Part shown: positions 1 through 9,464 of the stretch, piece after piece
Layout: every line of letters begins with the position of its first letter
Numbering within the stretch: position 1 is the first letter of the stretch
DNA from: Alphaproteobacteria bacterium
Lineage (GTDB): Bacteria; Pseudomonadota; Alphaproteobacteria; UBA828
NCBI GenBank assembly: GCA_965214705.1
Contig: CBDCCI010000002.1
Location: 864,001 to 928,000 of the forward strand
DNA length: 64,000 nucleotides
Direction of reading: 5' to 3'
The notes under the pieces: model-generated
The model's input: the letters and a program-made list of their open reading frames with translations, nothing else
Told to the model about the DNA's origin: nothing
Database searches by the model: none
Made by a program: the position numbers and the translations under genes

Positions 1-736
1 CGCCCTTGACGTTGAGCTCGCCCAGCAGGTCGAGCGCGGTGCGCCGGGTGATGCCCTCCAGGCAGGTGCCGCCCGGCGTGGTCGCGGTGCCGCCCTTCAC
101 GGCGAAGACGTTGAAGCCCGGCCCCTCGGCGATGTTGCCGTCGAGGTCCACCACCACCGGCATGTCGCAGCCGCGCTCGTAGCTCTCGAACAGCGCGCGG
201 ATCATGTCGCCCCAGTGGAAGTTCTTGGCGGTGGGGTCGACCGAGCCCGGCGGAATGCGCAGGTAGGAGCTCAGGTGCAGGTTGATGCCGCGCGCGCGCA
301 TCTCCTCGTCCGCGATCCAGACGAAGGGGATGGCGAAGGCGATGAAGCGGTTCTCGCAGGCGCGGGGGTCGCGGGTGCCCTTGGGCGGCATGCCGCGGGT
401 GCAGAGCACCTCCACGTAGGCGTCGCGCAGCTGGCTGAGGCGCATGAGCCGCATCAGGATCGCCACCACCTCGTCGCGGGCGTGGGGGATGGACATGCGG
501 ACGCTGGCGAGGCTCTTCTCGAAGCGGTCGAGATGGTGATCGAGGCGGAAGAACTTGCCGCCCCAGACGTGGACCACGTCGTAGGTGACATCGGAGCGGG
601 TGAAGCCCCAGTCGAGGATCGGTATCCGCGCCTCGGCGATGGGCACGTAGGCGCCCTCGATGAAGGCGGCGCCATCGGCAAAGCGGTTCTCCAGTCGCAC
701 CACGCCGTCGGCCGTCGCTTCCGTGACCCGTGTCAT
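1..736 (-). CDS. Fold-type IV PLP aminotransferase, probable (R)-selective amine transaminase; 3' end runs off the window
   Basis: Manual translation from ATG at 736 (not in ORF track): ARIPILDWGFTRSDVTYDVVHVWGGKFFRLDHHLDRF, DAYVEVLCTRG, RIPPGSVDPTAKNFHWGD (PLP Lys), EGPGFN, LEGITR. Confidence 0.85.
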   Translation of the reverse strand, partial: MTRVTEATADGVVRLENRFADGAAFIEGAYVPIAEARIPILDWGFTRSDVTYDVVHVWGGKFFRLDHHLDRFEKSLASVRMSIPHARDEVVAILMRLMRLSQLRDAYVEVLCTRGMPPKGTRDPRACENRFIAFAIPFVWIADEEMRARGINLHLSSYLRIPPGSVDPTAKNFHWGDMIRALFESYERGCDMPVVVDLDGNIAEGPGFNVFAVKGGTATTPGGTCLEGITRRTALDLLGELNVKG

Positions 737-820
737 CAGCGGTCTCCCCGGTTCGCACATCCAGATCGGGCGACAGTGTGCCGCATCGTGCCGACTAGCG
801 CGACTGTCGGCAGGTGATAG

Positions 821-1660
821 CTACACCGGCACCGTTCCCTCGATGAGGATGCGGAGCAGCCGGCGCGGGTGGTCGCCCTCGTGGGGCGAGGCCCTGTGCA
901 TCGTGCAGCGATTGTCCCAGATCACGATGTCGTCCGGTTGCCATGCGTGGACATGGACGAACGCCGGCTGCGTGGCGTGCCCTATGAGCTTGTCGAGGAG
1001 GGCGTCGCCGTCCGCGAGCGGCAGGTCCGCGATCCGGTCGATGCGGTTGGGGTTGATGTAGAGCGCTTTGCGGCCGGTCTCCGGATGGGTGCGCACCAGC
1101 GGGTGCGTCACCGGCGGGGTGCGTGCCTCCTCCTCGGGCGTGCGCTCGGGCACCGGCGAGCGGTTGCGGCGGGACTGATACATATGCACGGCCTTGAGCC
1201 CGGCGATGCGGGTCTTGGTTTCGTCCGGTAATGCCTCGTAGGCCAGGTGCATATTGGTGAACGACGTATCGCCGCCCTTTGGCGGCACCACCTCGCCGTA
1301 GAGCATTGTCACCGCGCACGGCACGGCCATGTAGGAATCGTCGGTGTGCCACTGGCCGCCGAAGGTCGCCGCCTTGCCGGTGGCGGTGCTGATCCCCTGG
1401 CGGCGCTCGATCAGCGAAATCTCGGGGTACCCCGTGTCGCGCAGAACGCCCATCAACTCCCGCTGGGGCGTGCCAAAGATTCGGGCGAGGCGCGGGAATG
1501 TCTCGGGCGTCGCCCCGCCGCTGCGGATGCAGAGCATCGGGCTTTCCCGAAAGGCGCGGCGCAGCGCCTCGCATTCCTCGGGCGCCGGCGACTCGAGATC
1601 GAACCCGGTCACCACAGCACCCAGCCCTGCCTTGGTGGGGTCCGTCACGGCTATGCCCAC
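821..1660 (-). CDS. TauD/TfdA family 2-oxoglutarate/Fe(II) dioxygenase
   Basis: WHTD (HxD), GGDTSF, HPLVRTHPETGRKALY, WDNRCTMHR; likely GTG start at 1660 preceded by GAGG. Confidence 0.9.
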   Translation of the reverse strand: MGIAVTDPTKAGLGAVVTGFDLESPAPEECEALRRAFRESPMLCIRSGGATPETFPRLARIFGTPQRELMGVLRDTGYPEISLIERRQGISTATGKAATFGGQWHTDDSYMAVPCAVTMLYGEVVPPKGGDTSFTNMHLAYEALPDETKTRIAGLKAVHMYQSRRNRSPVPERTPEEEARTPPVTHPLVRTHPETGRKALYINPNRIDRIADLPLADGDALLDKLIGHATQPAFVHVHAWQPDDIVIWDNRCTMHRASPHEGDHPRRLLRILIEGTVPV

Positions 1661-1909
1661 CGCGCGCCTCGTCCGTTGCCGCCGCCCGCTCGTGCCTCGC
1701 TCTTGGGACGCTTGCATATCGCCCCGACTCGGGCAAACGACGGCGGCATGGCGCGGCCGAGAGCGCCGGTTTTCGCGCCGAAGCGTGGGAGCGGAAATCG
1801 AAATCCGGCACCAATTGTAACGAAGCCGCGATCCGCCCGGCATATGCGTTGCCCGCACATGGATTTGGGCCTATGTTTCGGGCGCTTTTCTGGCCAGGAG
1901 TACGAATCC

Positions 1910-2476
1910 ATGGTTCCGAGGAAGTTGGTGAGTGCGCTCGCCAAGACGGGCGCGCTCGGGCTCGTCTTGATCGCGTTGGCCGGCTGCCCGCCCATGCAAC
2001 AGGGCGGCGAAGGCGGCGAGGCCGGCGGCGGCGACATGCTGATGTCGATCCTGCCGCTCATTCTGATTTTCGTGGTGTTCTACTTCCTGCTGATTCGCCC
2101 GCAGCAGAGGAAGCAGAAGGCCCACCGCGAAATGCTGCAGAACGTGAACCGGGGCGACGACATCGTCACCAACGGCGGCTTGGTCGGGAACGTCGTCAAG
2201 GTCGGCCGCGGCGACAGCGTTCTCGTGGAGATCGCGCCCGACGTCAGGGTCCGGGTCATGCGCAACATGATCTCGCAGATCATGCCGCGCCATGAACAGT
2301 ACGAGGAAGACGACGAGGACGAAGACGAAGAGGACGAGCGCGAGGACGAGACCCTCGAGGACGAGGTCGACGACGAAGACGAGGACGAGGACGAGGACTA
2401 CGAGGACCTCGACGAGGAAGACGAAGACGAGGAGGAAGAGGAGGAGGACGACAGGCGGAGAAGGCGCAGGCGCTGA
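1910..2476 (+). CDS. yajC: Preprotein translocase subunit YajC with N-terminal lipobox and acidic/Arg C-terminal tail
   Basis: FVVFYFLLIRPQQRKQKAH, GDDIVTNGGLVG, VEIAPDVRVRV; AGGAG RBS at 1896-1900; directly upstream of secD. Confidence 0.92.
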   Translation: MVPRKLVSALAKTGALGLVLIALAGCPPMQQGGEGGEAGGGDMLMSILPLILIFVVFYFLLIRPQQRKQKAHREMLQNVNRGDDIVTNGGLVGNVVKVGRGDSVLVEIAPDVRVRVMRNMISQIMPRHEQYEEDDEDEDEEDEREDETLEDEVDDEDEDEDEDYEDLDEEDEDEEEEEEDDRRRRRRR

Positions 2477-2503
2477 TCGGGCCGTTCCTCTCCCGTATAG
2501 CCG

Positions 2504-4081
2504 ATGCTCCGTACCCGTCTCTGGCAAGTCGCTGTCGTCGCGGTGATCATCGCCGCGGCGATCGTCTTCGCCGTGCCCAACCTGTTCAGCCGCGTCTCGC
2601 TCGAGAGCTATCCCACGTGGCTGCCTTCGAGCCAGGTCAACCTCGGCCTCGATCTCCAGGGCGGCTCTCATCTTCTGCTCGAGGTGCAGGTCGCCGACAT
2701 CCTGCGCGAGCGGATCACGACATTGGTCGATGACACGCGCGTGGAACTCAGGCGCAACGGCATCAAGTACACCGGGCTGAAGGCGGCGCGGGACCGCGTC
2801 GTCTTCCAGCTCATCGATCCCGGCCAGATCGACGTAGCCGCCGAGGCGGTGGAAGATCTCGACCCCGAGGCCGAGATCGACAGCGACTCCGGCGGGGCCT
2901 TCCAGATCGTGCTCACCGAGGAGGCGGTGGAGGGCCGTCGCCTCGCCGCGGTGAACCAGTCGATCGAGATCATCCGCCGCCGCATCGACGAGACCGGCGT
3001 GCGGGAGCCCACCATTCAGCGCCAGGGCGAGGACCGCATCCTCGTCCAGCTGCCCGGCGTGGACGATCCCGAGCGCATCAAGCGCCTGCTGGGCCGGACG
3101 GCGAAGCTCACCTTCCACCTGCTGGACGAGAACGTGACCGCGCAGGACCGGCGCTCAGGCCGCGTGCCGCTAGGCTCGCTGCGGCTTCCCAGCGACGAGG
3201 TGGGCGAGGACGGCGAAGAGACATTTTACATCATCCGCAAGCGAGTCATGGTGAGCGGCGATTCGCTGGTCGATGCAGCGACCACGCGCGACCAGACCGG
3301 GCAGTGGGCGGTGAGCTTCCGCTTCGATTCCACCGGTGCGCGGAAGTTCGGCGACGTGACCACCGAGAATGTCGGAAGGCCCTTCGCCATCGTGCTGGAC
3401 GGCCGGGTCATCAGCGCGCCGGTGATCCGCGAACCCATCGTCGGCGGCAACGGGCAGATCACCGGCAACTTCACCGTGGAGGAGGCCAACGACCTCTCGC
3501 TCCTGCTGCGCGCGGGTGCGCTGCCCGCGCCGATGAAGATTCTGGAGGAGCGCACGGTCGGGCCCGATCTCGGCGCCGATTCCATCGAGGCCGGCAAGAT
3601 CGCCTGCATCATCGGGCTCGCGGCGGTGATCGTGTTCATGGTGCTCTACTACGGCCTGTTCGGTCTGGTCGCGGATCTCGCGCTGATCCTCAACCTGATC
3701 ATCATGCTGGGCGTGCTGTCGCTGCTGCAGGCGACGCTGACGCTGCCCGGCATCGCCGGCATCGTGCTCACCATCGGCATGGCGGTAGACGCCAACGTGC
3801 TGATCTTCGAGCGAATACGCGAGGAGGCGAAAGCGGGCCGGGCGCCGTTCTCGGCCATGGAGGCCGGCTATCGCCGTGCCTTCACCACCATTATCGACTC
3901 CAACCTGACGACGCTGATTGCCGCTATCATCCTCTTCATCATCGGCACCGGGCCGGTGAAGGGCTTCGCCGTCACGCTCGGAATCGGGATCGCCACTTCC
4001 ATGTTCACCGCCATGCTGGTGAGCCGGATCATCCTGGTCGCCTGGCTGCGCCAGCGCCGGCCCGCAGCGCTGCCGCTTTAG
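2504..4081 (+). CDS. secD: Protein translocase subunit SecD
   Basis: NLGLDLQGG, RRIDETGVREPTIQRQG, LPGIAGIVLTIGMAVDANVLIFERIREE. Confidence 0.98.
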   Translation: MLRTRLWQVAVVAVIIAAAIVFAVPNLFSRVSLESYPTWLPSSQVNLGLDLQGGSHLLLEVQVADILRERITTLVDDTRVELRRNGIKYTGLKAARDRVVFQLIDPGQIDVAAEAVEDLDPEAEIDSDSGGAFQIVLTEEAVEGRRLAAVNQSIEIIRRRIDETGVREPTIQRQGEDRILVQLPGVDDPERIKRLLGRTAKLTFHLLDENVTAQDRRSGRVPLGSLRLPSDEVGEDGEETFYIIRKRVMVSGDSLVDAATTRDQTGQWAVSFRFDSTGARKFGDVTTENVGRPFAIVLDGRVISAPVIREPIVGGNGQITGNFTVEEANDLSLLLRAGALPAPMKILEERTVGPDLGADSIEAGKIACIIGLAAVIVFMVLYYGLFGLVADLALILNLIIMLGVLSLLQATLTLPGIAGIVLTIGMAVDANVLIFERIREEAKAGRAPFSAMEAGYRRAFTTIIDSNLTTLIAAIILFIIGTGPVKGFAVTLGIGIATSMFTAMLVSRIILVAWLRQRRPAALPL

Positions 4082-4090
4082 GCCCTTATC

Positions 4091-5275
4091 ATGTGGCGTT
4101 TCCGGCTCATCCCCGACAACACGAAGGTGCCGTTCCTGCGGCTGCGCCGCACCTTCTTCATCGTCTCCATCGTGCTGGCGGTGCTGTCGGTCGCGGTCCT
4201 GCTGGGCCGCGGGCTCAACTTCGGGATCGACTTCGCCGGCGGCATCCTGATCGAGGTGGGCACCGAGCGGGAAGCCGATATCGGACAGATGCGGAGCGCG
4301 CTCACCGGCCTCGGCCTCGGCGAGATCGCGCTGCAGGAGTTCGGCTCGCCCAACGAAGTCCTGATCCGCATCGAACGCCAGCCGGGCGACGCGGGCGCTC
4401 AGCAGGTCGCCGTCACCGCCGTGCGCGAGGCCCTGAGCGCGAACTACAGCGATACGCTGAGCTACCGCCGGGTCGAGACCGTGGGGCCGAAGGTCGGCGG
4501 CGAACTGATCCAGGCCGGCATCATCGCGGTGGTGGTCTCGGTCTTCCTGATGCTGGTCTACATTTGGTTCCGGTTCGAGCTGCCCTTCGCCATCGGCGCG
4601 GTGATCGCGCTGCTTCACGACGTGCTGCTCTCGCTCGGAATCTTTGCGGCGCTCGGGCTGGAATTCAATTTGCCCATTGTCGCCGCGATTCTGCTCATCG
4701 TCGGCTATTCGATGAACGACACCGTGGTCGTGTACGACCGCGTGCGCGAGAATTTGCGCAAATACAAGACGTTGCCGCTGCTCGAGTTGCTCAACAAGAG
4801 CGTCAACGAGACCCTCGCGCGCACCGTCATCACCTCGGCGACGACAATGCTCGCCCTGCTTGCCCTGCTCATCTTCGGCGGTGCTGTCATCCGCGATTTC
4901 AGCTTCGCGATGATCTGGGGCGTGATCGTCGGCACCTACTCGTCGATCTTCATTGCAGGCGCGCTCTTGCTCTACGTGCAGCCGCAGCGGGGCGGCCAGA
5001 AGAAGACCGTGGGCCAGGCCGAGCGAACCGCCGCCCTCGACGAGGACCTGCCGCCTGCACGGTTTGCCGCCGAGCCCGAGCCCGCGGGCGCGCTGCCGGA
5101 GCCGGAAACGCCGGTGGCCAGCGTGGCCGACATCGCTCGGGCCGCCGACGCAGCCGAGGCGGCCCTCGCCCAGGAGGGCGAGGAGGAGCCCGAGCCCACC
5201 GGCTCGCGCAAGCAGCGCCGCGCGAGCTCGTCACGGGAGCGCAAGCGCCGGCGACGCAAGCGCGGCAAGCGCTAA
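4091..5275 (+). CDS. secF: Protein translocase subunit SecF with extended C-terminal tail
   Basis: GLNFGIDFAGG, VGPKVGGEL, GYSMNDTVVVYDRVRE, GTYSSIFIA. Confidence 0.97.
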   Translation: MWRFRLIPDNTKVPFLRLRRTFFIVSIVLAVLSVAVLLGRGLNFGIDFAGGILIEVGTEREADIGQMRSALTGLGLGEIALQEFGSPNEVLIRIERQPGDAGAQQVAVTAVREALSANYSDTLSYRRVETVGPKVGGELIQAGIIAVVVSVFLMLVYIWFRFELPFAIGAVIALLHDVLLSLGIFAALGLEFNLPIVAAILLIVGYSMNDTVVVYDRVRENLRKYKTLPLLELLNKSVNETLARTVITSATTMLALLALLIFGGAVIRDFSFAMIWGVIVGTYSSIFIAGALLLYVQPQRGGQKKTVGQAERTAALDEDLPPARFAAEPEPAGALPEPETPVASVADIARAADAAEAALAQEGEEEPEPTGSRKQRRASSSRERKRRRRKRGKR

Positions 5276-5284
5276 GAGCGCACC

Positions 5285-5668
5285 GTGGACATCACGCCGC
5301 TCGTCCCCGAAGGCCGGCAGATCGTCGAGAGCTACGGCAACGACGGCTTCAGGATTAGCGGCGAGCGTTATCCGGGCCCGGTCATCGTCTGGCCCGAGGG
5401 CGTGGTTCCCTGGCGGGTCTCGGGTATCGCGTCGGCCGCGATCGAGACGCTCGATGCCGTGTTCTCCGCCGAGCCCCCGGTCGAGATTCTGCTGATCGGC
5501 AGCGGTGCCGCGTTCGAGATGGCGCCGGCGCCGTTGCGCGCGGCGCTCGGCAAGCGCGGCCTCTCCGTCGAGAGCATGGACACCGGCGCCGCCTGCCGCA
5601 CCTACAACGTGCTGATGGCCGAGGACCGGCGCGTCGCCGCCGCCCTCATCCCCGCGCGAATGGACTGA
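5285..5668 (+). CDS. Mth938-like (NDUFAF3-like) domain protein
   Basis: ILLIGSG, MDTGAACRTYNVLMAEDRRVAAALI; typical position after secF in Alphaproteobacteria. Confidence 0.92.
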   Translation: MDITPLVPEGRQIVESYGNDGFRISGERYPGPVIVWPEGVVPWRVSGIASAAIETLDAVFSAEPPVEILLIGSGAAFEMAPAPLRAALGKRGLSVESMDTGAACRTYNVLMAEDRRVAAALIPARMD

Positions 5669-5680
5669 CCGCCTCCTTTT

Positions 5681-6268
5681 TCAACTCAGCGGGATGTCGC
5701 TGTCGTCCTTCGACCCCTGGTACGCTGACGAGAGCTCGTTGTAGAGCGTGCGAAGGTGGGAGATTTGGTCCTTTAGGTCCCTGCTTTCGCTGCCGATCAG
5801 GTCGTCGACGGACCGGCATCGCCAGAACGCGTTCTCGCGGGCGTAGTCGCCGTTCTCGATGCGGAAGACCTCGCTCAGAATCCGCAGGTCATGGGGGATG
5901 TTGAAGGCGTCGCGGGTGTCCACGTAGCCGAAGAGGTAGTGGAAGTTGTCGAACCCGGCCCAGGTGATCGCGGACAGGCACAGCGAGCAGGGCTCGTGGG
6001 TCGAGAGGAACAGGCAATCCTCGGGCGCAGGGCGCTCGGCTGCGCCCAGCGCGAAGAACGCGTTGAGCGTCGAGATTTCGCCGTGGAACAGCGGGTTCTC
6101 GGTCTCGCGGTTGGTTGCGGCGATGACCAGCGACAGGTCCGACTTGCGGAGGATCGCGCCGCCGAACACCTTGTCGCCACGCGCAACGCCCGCCCGAGTC
6201 AGCGGAACGATGTCGTGCTCGATCACATCCAGGAAGCGGCTGGCCAGCGCGCGGTCCGAGTGGGTCAT
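5681..6268 (-). CDS. Zn-dependent nucleoside/guanine deaminase (cytidine deaminase fold)
   Basis: HGE...EPCSLC zinc motif; ATG at 6268 overlaps the stop of the upstream deaminase. Confidence 0.88.
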   Translation of the reverse strand: MTHSDRALASRFLDVIEHDIVPLTRAGVARGDKVFGGAILRKSDLSLVIAATNRETENPLFHGEISTLNAFFALGAAERPAPEDCLFLSTHEPCSLCLSAITWAGFDNFHYLFGYVDTRDAFNIPHDLRILSEVFRIENGDYARENAFWRCRSVDDLIGSESRDLKDQISHLRTLYNELSSAYQGSKDDSDIPLS

Positions 6269-7287
6269 AGTCCGGCATCCGCCGCCGCATAGCCCTCCAG
6301 CCGGCTGAGCAGGGCACGCTTCTCCTCCGGAGGCAGCCAGCTTGCCTCGAAGGCGTTGGCGGCGAGCCGTACCACCTGATCCCGGCTCAGATCGGCCTCC
6401 TCCTGGGTCGCGACCAGATTCTCGTGGATGTAGCCCAGGAAGTACGCGGGATCGTCGGAGTTGACGGTCGCGCGCATGCCCTTCTCCAGCATGCGCCGAA
6501 CCTCCAGCGCCTTGAGGCTGCCGGTAATGCACTTGTTGGAGATCGGGCAGACCGTGAGCGCCAGGCCCCTGCGCACGATCTCGTCGCAGAGCGCCTCGTC
6601 CTCCAGCGAGTTGACGCCGTGGTCGATTCTGTCGACCCCGATGTCGTCGAGGGTCTGCCAGAGATGCAGGGTCGAGTTCTCCTGATCCACGTCGCAGTGC
6701 ATAGTGAGCCGGTAGCCCTCGGCGCGCGCCCGGGCGAACACCTCCTTGAACTTCACCGGCGGATTGCCCTTCTCGTCGGAGTCGAGACCCACGCCGACGA
6801 TCCAGTCCCTGTACGGCAGGGATTGTTCCAGCGTCGCCATTGCGGATTCGGCACTCATGTCCCGCAGGAAACACATGATGAGCTGGGTGCGGATGCCGAG
6901 CCTGGCCTGCGCGTCCTCCAGCGCCCGGCGAATGCCGCGAATCACGGTGTCGTAGGCGATGCCGCGCGCGGTGTGAGCCTGGGGGTCGAAGAACATCTCG
7001 GCGTAGATCACGCCCTGGGAATGCGCCTTGGTCAGGTAGGCGGTGGCCAGATCGTAGAGGTCCTGCTCCGTCACCAGGACGCCCATGCCCTCGTAGTACA
7101 TCTTGAGGAACGACGGCAGGTCGTCGAAGTCGTAAGCGGCCCGCATCTCCTCGACCGACTCGTACGGCAGCTCGATGCCGTTGCGGCGGGCGAGGTCGAA
7201 CTTCAACTCCGGCTCGAGCGTCCCCTCCACGTGGACGTGCAACTCGGCCTTCGGCATGTCTTCGATGAAGCGTCTCATGTCCGTCAT
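6265..7287 (-). CDS. add: Adenine/adenosine deaminase
   Basis: PKAELHVHVEGTLEP, EMFFDPQAH, RIDHG, VNSDDPAYF. Confidence 0.92.
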   Translation of the reverse strand: MTDMRRFIEDMPKAELHVHVEGTLEPELKFDLARRNGIELPYESVEEMRAAYDFDDLPSFLKMYYEGMGVLVTEQDLYDLATAYLTKAHSQGVIYAEMFFDPQAHTARGIAYDTVIRGIRRALEDAQARLGIRTQLIMCFLRDMSAESAMATLEQSLPYRDWIVGVGLDSDEKGNPPVKFKEVFARARAEGYRLTMHCDVDQENSTLHLWQTLDDIGVDRIDHGVNSLEDEALCDEIVRRGLALTVCPISNKCITGSLKALEVRRMLEKGMRATVNSDDPAYFLGYIHENLVATQEEADLSRDQVVRLAANAFEASWLPPEEKRALLSRLEGYAAADAGL

Positions 7288-7482
7288 GGCTTCAAGCCCG
7301 TGGTTCGGCGTGAATTAATCGCCTCTCGGATACGCCAGAAATCGACAGGTTGCCATAGCGATCTGCGCCCAGCCAGCGCGCCCAACGATGAACCGAGCCG
7401 CGAATTGCCGGCGACAATTGCAACCGCCCGTCAAGGCACTATGCTAAGCGCTGGCGATTCGTGATTGCAGGGGGCACAAGAA

Positions 7483-7575
7483 ATGACCAACCCGCTGACA
7501 TCGCTTGGCAAAACCGTGATCATGGGGGTCATTATGACCGTGATCATCGTCGCCATCCTCTATGGCATAAGCTGA
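7483..7575 (+). CDS. 30-aa single-TM peptide, in frame with the downstream PuuD-like gene
   Basis: MTNPLTSLGKTVIMGVIMTVIIVAILYGIS*; same frame as 7591, separated by TGA at 7573-7575. Confidence 0.6.
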   Translation: MTNPLTSLGKTVIMGVIMTVIIVAILYGIS

Positions 7576-7590
7576 CGGGGAGGCGAGGCG

Positions 7591-8121
7591 ATGGACATTC
7601 CATTGGTCGACTACCATTGGTGGACATTCTTCTTCCGCTGGACCCACGTGCTCGCGGGCGTGATGTGGATCGGGCTGCTCTGGTACTTCAACTTCGTCCA
7701 GATCCCGAACATGCCGAAGATCCCGGACGACCAAAAACCCGCGATCGGCAAGGTGATCGCGCCGGCGGCGCTCTTCTGGTTCCGCTGGGCGGCGCTCGCC
7801 ACGGTGGCGACCGGCATCGTGCTCGCGCTGATGAACGAGTATTTCTCGGATGCTATCACCTTCGGCATTCTCGGCGCGGCCACCGACGGGCACGTGCTGA
7901 GACACACCGCCATCGGCATCGGGATGTGGCTCGGCATCATCATGATGCTGAACGTCTGGCTCATCATCTGGCCGAACCAGAAGCGGGCGCTCGGCATCGT
8001 GGAGGTCGAGGCCGATCGCAAGGCGCGATCGGCGCGCTACGCCATGCTGGCATCGCGCACCAACACGATGCTGTCGATCCCGATGCTCTACTCCATGGTT
8101 TCGGCGCAGAACGTCTACTGA
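7591..8121 (+). CDS. Urate hydroxylase PuuD-like membrane protein (short form, no cytochrome c domain)
   Basis: FRWTHVLAGVMWIGLLWYFNFVQ, ALFWFRWAA, NVWLIIWPNQK, SRTNTMLSIP; GGAGG RBS; next to purine deaminases. Confidence 0.82.
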   Translation: MDIPLVDYHWWTFFFRWTHVLAGVMWIGLLWYFNFVQIPNMPKIPDDQKPAIGKVIAPAALFWFRWAALATVATGIVLALMNEYFSDAITFGILGAATDGHVLRHTAIGIGMWLGIIMMLNVWLIIWPNQKRALGIVEVEADRKARSARYAMLASRTNTMLSIPMLYSMVSAQNVY

Positions 8122-8189
8122 CGCGATAGCGCATACGCACCCGCCCGGCCGCCGCACCATTCGGCGTCGGGCGGGGCAGTTTCCCCGGA

Positions 8190-9464
8190 TCAGGTAGCGG
8201 CGAGCGCCCGCAGGGCGTGCTGCGCCGCGGTGACGCCCGAGCGCACCGCCCCTTCGATGGTGGCGGGCAGCCCGGTCGCGGTCCAGTCCCCGGCGAGGAA
8301 GAGGTTGCGCAGGTGGGTCTCGGCCGGCGGGCGCAGCGGCAGGGCGGCCGGTATCTGGGCGAAGGTCGCGCGCTTCTCCTTCACGATGCGAACCGCCGGG
8401 GTGGCGGGCGGCCGATAGTCGAGCGCCTGCGAAACATCGTTCCAGAGCATCTCGGCGATCTCCGCCGCCGGGCGCTCGGCCAGCGCACCCGCCGCGCTCA
8501 CGGTGACCGACGCGATGTCGCCGCGGGCGAAGACCCACTGCGCCGTGCCACCCACCACGCCAAGGATCGCGCTGCCGCCCGGCATCGGCACCGGCCGGTC
8601 GAGCCGGAAGTGGGCGTTGACGATGGGCCGGGTCTCCAGCGGCGCCGGAACCTCGGGCAGGAGCTGGGTGCAGACCTGCGGCGTCACCGCGAGCACGGCG
8701 ACATCGCCCGGCGCGAACGCCGCCGCGTCGCCACCATTGCCGGCGAAGTCGAGGCCCGTGACCGCGCGCCCGTCGTGCCGGATGGCGCGGAGCCGGCGGT
8801 TGTAGTGCAGCAGGCCGCCGCCGCGTTCCACGTAGCGCATGCCCGGCTCCACCAGATTCGGGCCGAGGCCCTTGCGGGTGAGATAGGCGCGGCAGGCCGC
8901 CTCGCCCTGGCCGAAGGTGAGGCGCACCACCGGCCAGAGCAGGCGCGCGGCAGCCTCCTCCACCGAGGCATTCAGCACCGCCACGGTGAGCGGCTCCCAC
9001 AGCCGCTCCAGCAGCGGCCCCGTGCCCCGCAGCCGCTCGGCGGCGGTGTCGCCATCGCGCGCGCGGGCGAGCGCGAGGCCCGCCAGATAGTGGCGCGCGC
9101 GGCTGCCCGGCACGCGGCGCCCCGGCGCCATGATCCACCAGGGCACAGGCCCGGCATTGGGGCGCACGGTCCAGCGCTCGCCCGAGCGCAGGTCGACGAA
9201 GGGGAAGGCCGCGCGCTCATGGCCGATCAGGCCGTCCCGCGCGCCGATGGTCTCCAAATAGCCGAACACAGCGGGATTGGCGCCCAGGATCAGGTGGTTG
9301 CCATTGTCGATGGTCCGGTCCAGGGTGGCATCGTGGAACGAACGGCAGCGGCCGCCCGCGTGCGCCGCCGCCTCCCAAAGGACGACGCGCTGCCTCGCCT
9401 TCACCAGCTCCACGGCGCAGGAAAGACCCGCCATGCCGGCGCCGATCACGTGAACGGTCGCCAT
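8190..9464 (-). CDS. hpnE: Hydroxysqualene dehydroxylase / squalene-associated FAD-dependent desaturase
   Basis: VIGAGMAG, GGRCRSFHD, IDNGNHLILGAN, EKRATF, LAGDWTATGLPATIEGAVRSG. Confidence 0.88.
   Translation of the reverse strand: MATVHVIGAGMAGLSCAVELVKARQRVVLWEAAAHAGGRCRSFHDATLDRTIDNGNHLILGANPAVFGYLETIGARDGLIGHERAAFPFVDLRSGERWTVRPNAGPVPWWIMAPGRRVPGSRARHYLAGLALARARDGDTAAERLRGTGPLLERLWEPLTVAVLNASVEEAAARLLWPVVRLTFGQGEAACRAYLTRKGLGPNLVEPGMRYVERGGGLLHYNRRLRAIRHDGRAVTGLDFAGNGGDAAAFAPGDVAVLAVTPQVCTQLLPEVPAPLETRPIVNAHFRLDRPVPMPGGSAILGVVGGTAQWVFARGDIASVTVSAAGALAERPAAEIAEMLWNDVSQALDYRPPATPAVRIVKEKRATFAQIPAALPLRPPAETHLRNLFLAGDWTATGLPATIEGAVRSGVTAAQHALRALAAT

Noticed and set aside
2296-2452. GAC/GAG-rich repeat as a CRISPR array or non-coding satellite
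   Set aside because: It is in-frame Asp/Glu coding sequence of yajC with no repeat-spacer structure.
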